This document shows positions 59,083 to 64,000 of a stretch of DNA of 64,000 bases, in pieces. Location of the stretch: contig JBHLMP010000007.1 in NCBI GenBank assembly GCA_048938025.1, positions 19,881 through 83,880 on the forward strand. The letters run 5' to 3'. The notes beneath the pieces are model-generated. The model was not told the DNA's origin. It saw nothing but the letters and a program-made list of their open reading frames with translations, and did not search any database. The stretch comes from Promethearchaeota archaeon. Lineage in GTDB: Archaea; Asgardarchaeota; Lokiarchaeia; Sigyniarchaeales; SOKP01. The position numbers and the translations under genes are program-made. The first letter of the stretch is position 1, and each line of letters opens with the position of its first letter.

Positions 59083-59940
59083 GTGATAAATATGAAAAAT
59101 GATACTGGTTATTTCGAAGGAAGAGAAACCAAAAAATTATTCTATCAATATTGGTTACCAGATTCGGAAGAAATTAAAGCATATATCATAGCTATCCACG
59201 GATGGGGGACACATTCAGATAGAATGAAGATTCCTGCTGAATATTTCACAGAAAAAGGATATGCAGTTTATTCATTTGATTTAAGAGGACATTGGAGGAA
59301 TATTGGTGATTTTCCAGGACATATTGATAGTATCGATCATATCCAAAAGGATATAGTACTTTTTATGGACCTTATCCGAGAAGTAGCAGATGAGAAAAAG
59401 ATCTTTCTTATGGGACACTCATTTGGAGGGTTAGTAAGTTTAATTTATGCTATAAATCATCCTGGTTTACCAGGTGTGCTTATTTCCTCACCATTATTAG
59501 GTGTTTTTTTGAAACTATCAATTGGTAAAAAAGTTGTTAAAACTGTTTCAAAAACAATAGCAAAATTATCACCAAATAAAATTTTAAATAATAATATTGA
59601 CCAAAACCAATTAACTAGCGATTTGAAAATATTAAAACAACATATTGCAGATAAAAATAAAACTGATGTAATTACAGTGAAATCAACATCAGAAATTTAT
59701 AAATACTCTAAATGGGCTATGGAAAATGCATCCAACTTAATTTGTCCTACATTAATCATGCAAGCTGGTAATGATAAAATAATTGATAAAAATAAGACTA
59801 AAGTTTTTTTTAATAAAGTAAAAAGTGAAGATAAAACGTATAAAGAGTACCCTGGCTTTTTGCATGAGTTATGGAATGAAAAAGGAAGAGCTCAAGTATA
59901 TCAAGATATGTTTGTATGGCTTGAAAAGCATTTAAAATAA
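59083..59940 (+). CDS. Lysophospholipase / monoacylglycerol lipase-like hydrolase
   Basis: HGWG.H, FDLRGH, GHSFGG, D.II, YPG..HEL.NE. Confidence 0.9.
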   Translation: MINMKNDTGYFEGRETKKLFYQYWLPDSEEIKAYIIAIHGWGTHSDRMKIPAEYFTEKGYAVYSFDLRGHWRNIGDFPGHIDSIDHIQKDIVLFMDLIREVADEKKIFLMGHSFGGLVSLIYAINHPGLPGVLISSPLLGVFLKLSIGKKVVKTVSKTIAKLSPNKILNNNIDQNQLTSDLKILKQHIADKNKTDVITVKSTSEIYKYSKWAMENASNLICPTLIMQAGNDKIIDKNKTKVFFNKVKSEDKTYKEYPGFLHELWNEKGRAQVYQDMFVWLEKHLK

Positions 59941-60115
59941 ACTTTAGTTATTTAAAATGAAAAAATTCAATTTCTAGTTTAATCAATCTCTAGATATTAC
60001 TCCTTGGATTTAAATAGAGAATTCGAATTATTAAATTTATAATAAATATAATTAATTTCTATTAAAAACTAATACCCTTGTAGTATTTAATTCTAAATTA
60101 AGACGTAATATTATA

Positions 60116-63004
60116 ATGTCTCAAAAAAAACCTTTTGAAGAGATCAAATTTAAGGATCTTACTCCAATGATGAAACATTGGTATTCTGTTAAAAAGAAAT
60201 ATCCTAAATACTTGCTCGCCTATCGAATGGGTGATTTTTTTGAGTTCTTCTATGATGATGCTGAGAAAGTCTCAAAACTCTTAGGTATAACACTTACTAA
60301 ACGAAAAATAGGAAATGATGCCTATCCTTTAGCTGGAATTCCACATCATTCAGGTCATAATTATTTTAATAATCTCATGAGCCTTGGTGAAACTTTGGTA
60401 ATAGTCGATCAATTAGAAGACCCTGCAACTGTGAAAGGAAGAATTGTTAAACGAGGTGTAACTCGAATATTATCTCCAGGTACAATTATTGAACCAAATA
60501 TGTTGAAATATAATGAAAATAACTATATTGCTTCGATGGTTAAGGAGAGAAAAGGTTTTGGCGTCGCGTTTGCCGATATATCTACTGCTGAGTTTATAGC
60601 AACTGAATTTTCAATAAAAGATCAAGATCCTCAAGAAAAAATGCTTAGCCTATTTTCTCAGTATGATCCTGTAGAATTAATAATACCTCCTGAAATTAAA
60701 AAAGATGAGAGGTTATTTATTTTATTAACTGATCTAACAGAAGCCATAATTAAATCATATGAGGAACATGTATTTTACTATGATGAAGCATACACTTTAC
60801 TTACTCGACATTTTAATATTTCTAATTTAAAAAGCTTCGGATTAGAGAATAATCAAATGGCTATTCAAGCAGCTGGTGGTTTACTGGCCTTTTTAAAAGA
60901 TACCCAAAGAGATATAATTCCTAATATCTTCAAAATCAACATCATTCAGGAAAAAGATATTCTACACTTAGACTATATTACACAAAGAAATTTAGAGTTA
61001 ATTAATTCTTTATGGGAAAAAGCAAAGGATGCTACATTATATTCTATTTTTAATCTTACCCATACACCTATGGGAGCACGTTTGTTAAAAAAATTTATTC
61101 TACAACCATTAACTAACATTGAAGAAGTAAATCAAAGACTAAATATTGTTCAAAAATTCAAAGATGATGTCTTTTTAAGATCTGATTTAAGGGAAGAATT
61201 AAAGGTTGTAGGTGATCTTGAGAGATTTATTAACAGGATTAATTATATTGGCCGTACAAATGCCAGAGATTTAATAAATATCAAAAACTCTTTAGAAAAA
61301 ATCCCTAGGATTAAACAACTATTAGAAAAAGCAGGTATTCCTGAAATTTCAAAGTTTGTCGAAAAAATTAATACGTTTGATAAAATTAAACTCCTAATTG
61401 AAGTAGCAATTAAAGATAATCCACCAACAACAGTTAGAGAAGGCAATATTATTAAGGATAATTACAATGATGAAGTTGATGAGCTTAGAGATATGATACA
61501 TAATGGAAAGGAATATGTGTTGCAATATGAACAAGAACAGAAAAAGAGGTGGAATTTAACTACAGGATTAAAAGTTGGGCATAACAATATCCTTGGATAT
61601 TATATCGAAATTACCTTACGAACTCTTAAATTCATCAAAAATGTACCAGAGGAGTATGTAGAAAGAGCAACTCTTAAAAATGCTAAAAGATATACAACTA
61701 AAAAATTAAAAGAACTCGAAGAAAAAATTGTTAATGCTGAAGAAAAAATCAATGATTTAGAATACGAAATTTTTAATACTATTCGTGAAAGTGTCGAAAA
61801 AGAGACTAAAAATATCCTTGAAACCGCAAAAAATATTGCTATAGTTGATGTTCTCGTATGTTTTGCTGAAGTTGCAGAACAATACAATTATTGCAGACCA
61901 ATTATTAATAATGACAACAAAATCATAATTAAAGAAGGTAGGCATCCTGTAGTTGAACAGATAAATTTGGATGAGCAATTTATTCCAAATGATTGTTATT
62001 TAGATAATGAAAATGACCAATTATTAATTATAACTGGTCCTAATATGGCAGGAAAAAGCACTTATCTAAGGCAAGTAGCTTTGATATGCATTATTGCACA
62101 AATGGGATGTTTTGTTCCAGCAAAATCCGCCACTCTTGGAATAATTGATCAAATTTTCACACGAATCGGTGCCTCAGATGACCTTGCTAGAAAATTAAGT
62201 ACTTTTATGATAGAAATGACAGAAACGGCAAAAATTCTTAATTATGCTACACCAAATAGTCTTGTTATAATAGATGAGTTAGGCAGAGGTACCAGTACCA
62301 GTGATGGTCAAAGTATAGCAATGGCAACTTTAGAAAAACTTCATGAAGTACAGGTTAAAACTCTTTTTAGTACTCATTATCATCAATTAACAGAAATTAG
62401 TTTACCACGAGTGAAAAATTATCACTTAGACATTATCGAAAATGATGATGGAAGTATTAACTTTGTGAGGAAATTAAGACCTGGAAGCACAGATAAATCA
62501 TATGGAATACATGTTGCTAAGTTAGCAGGAATTCCTGATGAAGTGATTATAAGAGCATTTGAGATTTTAGAACAAATAGAAGAAAAGGATTCTTTTAAAA
62601 AAACGGTTAAAGAAAATGGGAATGATTTATCTATTAAACACCATGATAAAATAATCAGCGAAAAAAGAAATGTGTTAGAAAAATTAAACAGGCAATTAGA
62701 GAATAAGAAGGATGAATTAACTAAATGTGAAGCATTGTTAAGTGAAAAAGAAAAAGTAATCAATAACAAGAATTTTGAAATAGAAAAACTGAATAAAAAC
62801 CTAGAGAAATACACCGATAAAAAACAAAGAACTAAGAAAAAATTTGTTCAGACTACTTTCTTTAAACCAACAGTGTTAAAAGAAGAAGTAATAGATGAAA
62901 ATTTAAAAGAGGTAATGGATTTATTAAAAGAACTTGATATAAATTCTCTTTCTCCTATTGAAGCGCTCAAGAAATTAAGTGATCTTAAGGATATGTTACT
63001 ATAA
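60116..63004 (+). CDS. mutS: DNA mismatch repair protein MutS (MutS1, bacterial type)
   Basis: TPMM, RMGDFFEFF, ITGPNMAGKSTY, FM.EM.E, DELGRGT, STHYH, SYGIHVA. Confidence 0.95.
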   Translation: MSQKKPFEEIKFKDLTPMMKHWYSVKKKYPKYLLAYRMGDFFEFFYDDAEKVSKLLGITLTKRKIGNDAYPLAGIPHHSGHNYFNNLMSLGETLVIVDQLEDPATVKGRIVKRGVTRILSPGTIIEPNMLKYNENNYIASMVKERKGFGVAFADISTAEFIATEFSIKDQDPQEKMLSLFSQYDPVELIIPPEIKKDERLFILLTDLTEAIIKSYEEHVFYYDEAYTLLTRHFNISNLKSFGLENNQMAIQAAGGLLAFLKDTQRDIIPNIFKINIIQEKDILHLDYITQRNLELINSLWEKAKDATLYSIFNLTHTPMGARLLKKFILQPLTNIEEVNQRLNIVQKFKDDVFLRSDLREELKVVGDLERFINRINYIGRTNARDLINIKNSLEKIPRIKQLLEKAGIPEISKFVEKINTFDKIKLLIEVAIKDNPPTTVREGNIIKDNYNDEVDELRDMIHNGKEYVLQYEQEQKKRWNLTTGLKVGHNNILGYYIEITLRTLKFIKNVPEEYVERATLKNAKRYTTKKLKELEEKIVNAEEKINDLEYEIFNTIRESVEKETKNILETAKNIAIVDVLVCFAEVAEQYNYCRPIINNDNKIIIKEGRHPVVEQINLDEQFIPNDCYLDNENDQLLIITGPNMAGKSTYLRQVALICIIAQMGCFVPAKSATLGIIDQIFTRIGASDDLARKLSTFMIEMTETAKILNYATPNSLVIIDELGRGTSTSDGQSIAMATLEKLHEVQVKTLFSTHYHQLTEISLPRVKNYHLDIIENDDGSINFVRKLRPGSTDKSYGIHVAKLAGIPDEVIIRAFEILEQIEEKDSFKKTVKENGNDLSIKHHDKIISEKRNVLEKLNRQLENKKDELTKCEALLSEKEKVINNKNFEIEKLNKNLEKYTDKKQRTKKKFVQTTFFKPTVLKEEVIDENLKEVMDLLKELDINSLSPIEALKKLSDLKDMLL

Positions 63005-63010
63005 TTTAAA

Positions 63011-63916
63011 TTAATCTAAGACAACAGGTATAATAAAAACTATAATTGTGAGATAAACATAATAAACAGTTATAATTGATACAAGTATGGTTCTATAAAT
63101 CTTTTTCCTCTTTTCATCTTTAATATTTTCAATAAATATTATTAATAACAATCCTATGAACATCAAATGGGATGGTTGTAAAGCCTTCCATAAAATTGAA
63201 TCGATTAATAATAAACCTTTAATTTCAGCATCACTGTGACCCCAATTCTTTACCATTTGAAAAAAGTAATCTGGGAAAATCATATAAGGAATACAAATAA
63301 GAGCGAAAGGAATTAAAAAATATATAAGATCCTTAAATCTTAGCTTTTTAACTATAAGCAATACAGGAAGAAATAATATAGCAGTTATCTTAAATGTCGC
63401 AAGTGTGAATAAAATTCCTGCATTCCATTTTTTATCTTTTTCTAGGAAATAGTATGACATAAACAAGAAAAAAGCTATCAAAAAGTTTACATTATTATAA
63501 TAAGCATCTATACTATACCCAATTGTGCCTAGTATGTAAAAAATTAGTAAATTCTTTTTTTCCTTGAATAATTTCGGGGATTCTTTTATTATTACTATTG
63601 ATAATATAAGCCTTAAAATATCCCATACGTACACCCCAACAATTAAAGGAAACAAATAAATGGGGAAAAATAGGAAATACCAAAAATAAAGATAATAAGG
63701 AGGCCAATCAGAAATTTCAATTGGATCATAAAAATTAATCAATCCATTATCCATTCCTTCTAAAAGAATTTTGAAATCAATATCCTTTGTCTCTTTAATC
63801 CAAGCAGAAATATCAATAAAGTATAACAGAATTCTTAAAATGATTAGCGAACTTGTAATAATTATTAGGATATAAACAAAATATGTATGTAATGGATAGT
63901 TTTTCTGGTTATTCAT
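63011..63916 (-). CDS. GT87/DUF2029-like membrane glycosyltransferase (GT-C fold)
   Basis: Multiple TM helices, DF motif, PPYYLY, NNVN, LA.FK. Confidence 0.65.
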   Translation of the reverse strand: MNNQKNYPLHTYFVYILIIITSSLIILRILLYFIDISAWIKETKDIDFKILLEGMDNGLINFYDPIEISDWPPYYLYFWYFLFFPIYLFPLIVGVYVWDILRLILSIVIIKESPKLFKEKKNLLIFYILGTIGYSIDAYYNNVNFLIAFFLFMSYYFLEKDKKWNAGILFTLATFKITAILFLPVLLIVKKLRFKDLIYFLIPFALICIPYMIFPDYFFQMVKNWGHSDAEIKGLLLIDSILWKALQPSHLMFIGLLLIIFIENIKDEKRKKIYRTILVSIITVYYVYLTIIVFIIPVVLD

Positions 63917-64000
63917 TATAGTTTATGGTTCATAATTCACATTATAAAATAGATTAATATTAAGTATTAAAGGAACTTTAAAAGAGTTACTTAGGTAAAA

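Noticed and set aside
1-64000. CRISPR array, rRNA, integrase/transposase, provirus
   Set aside because: No regularly spaced repeats, no long GC-rich structured tract and no such protein motifs seen.

Overview
A strongly AT-rich, gene-dense archaeal chromosomal window, most likely from an Asgard archaeon (Lokiarchaeia/Promethearchaeota-like). This is inferred from archaeal Rpo3, eL18, uL13, uS9, thermosome, TrmI and RIO2 occurring together with eukaryotic-signature proteins (three Ras-superfamily-fold genes and a gelsolin-like domain) and multi-PAS histidine kinases. Metabolic content: an hdrA(x2)-mvhD/hdrC/hdrB/metV/metF operon, GTP-PEPCK, SHMT, aroA/aroC, a 2-oxoacid:ferredoxin oxidoreductase and three alpha/beta hydrolases. 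I saw no tRNA, rRNA, CRISPR array or transposase. Best leads: (1) a circularly permuted ATP-grasp ligase tightly coupled to an M14-type Zn peptidase, a candidate peptide-tag writer/eraser pair; (2) a gelsolin-like domain fused to four membrane helices; (3) an MglA-like GTPase with a natural Gln-to-Leu switch-II change and a winged-helix tail, plus a Rab-like pseudo-GTPase; (4) a 6-4-2 PAS histidine-kinase ladder sitting between porG and porDAB; (5) two ~70-nt intergenic elements 46 kb apart that share motifs and a covarying closing stem, one also resembling a box C/D RNA; (6) two gene relics missed by the ORF track. All family calls come from reading motifs by eye; no searches were run.
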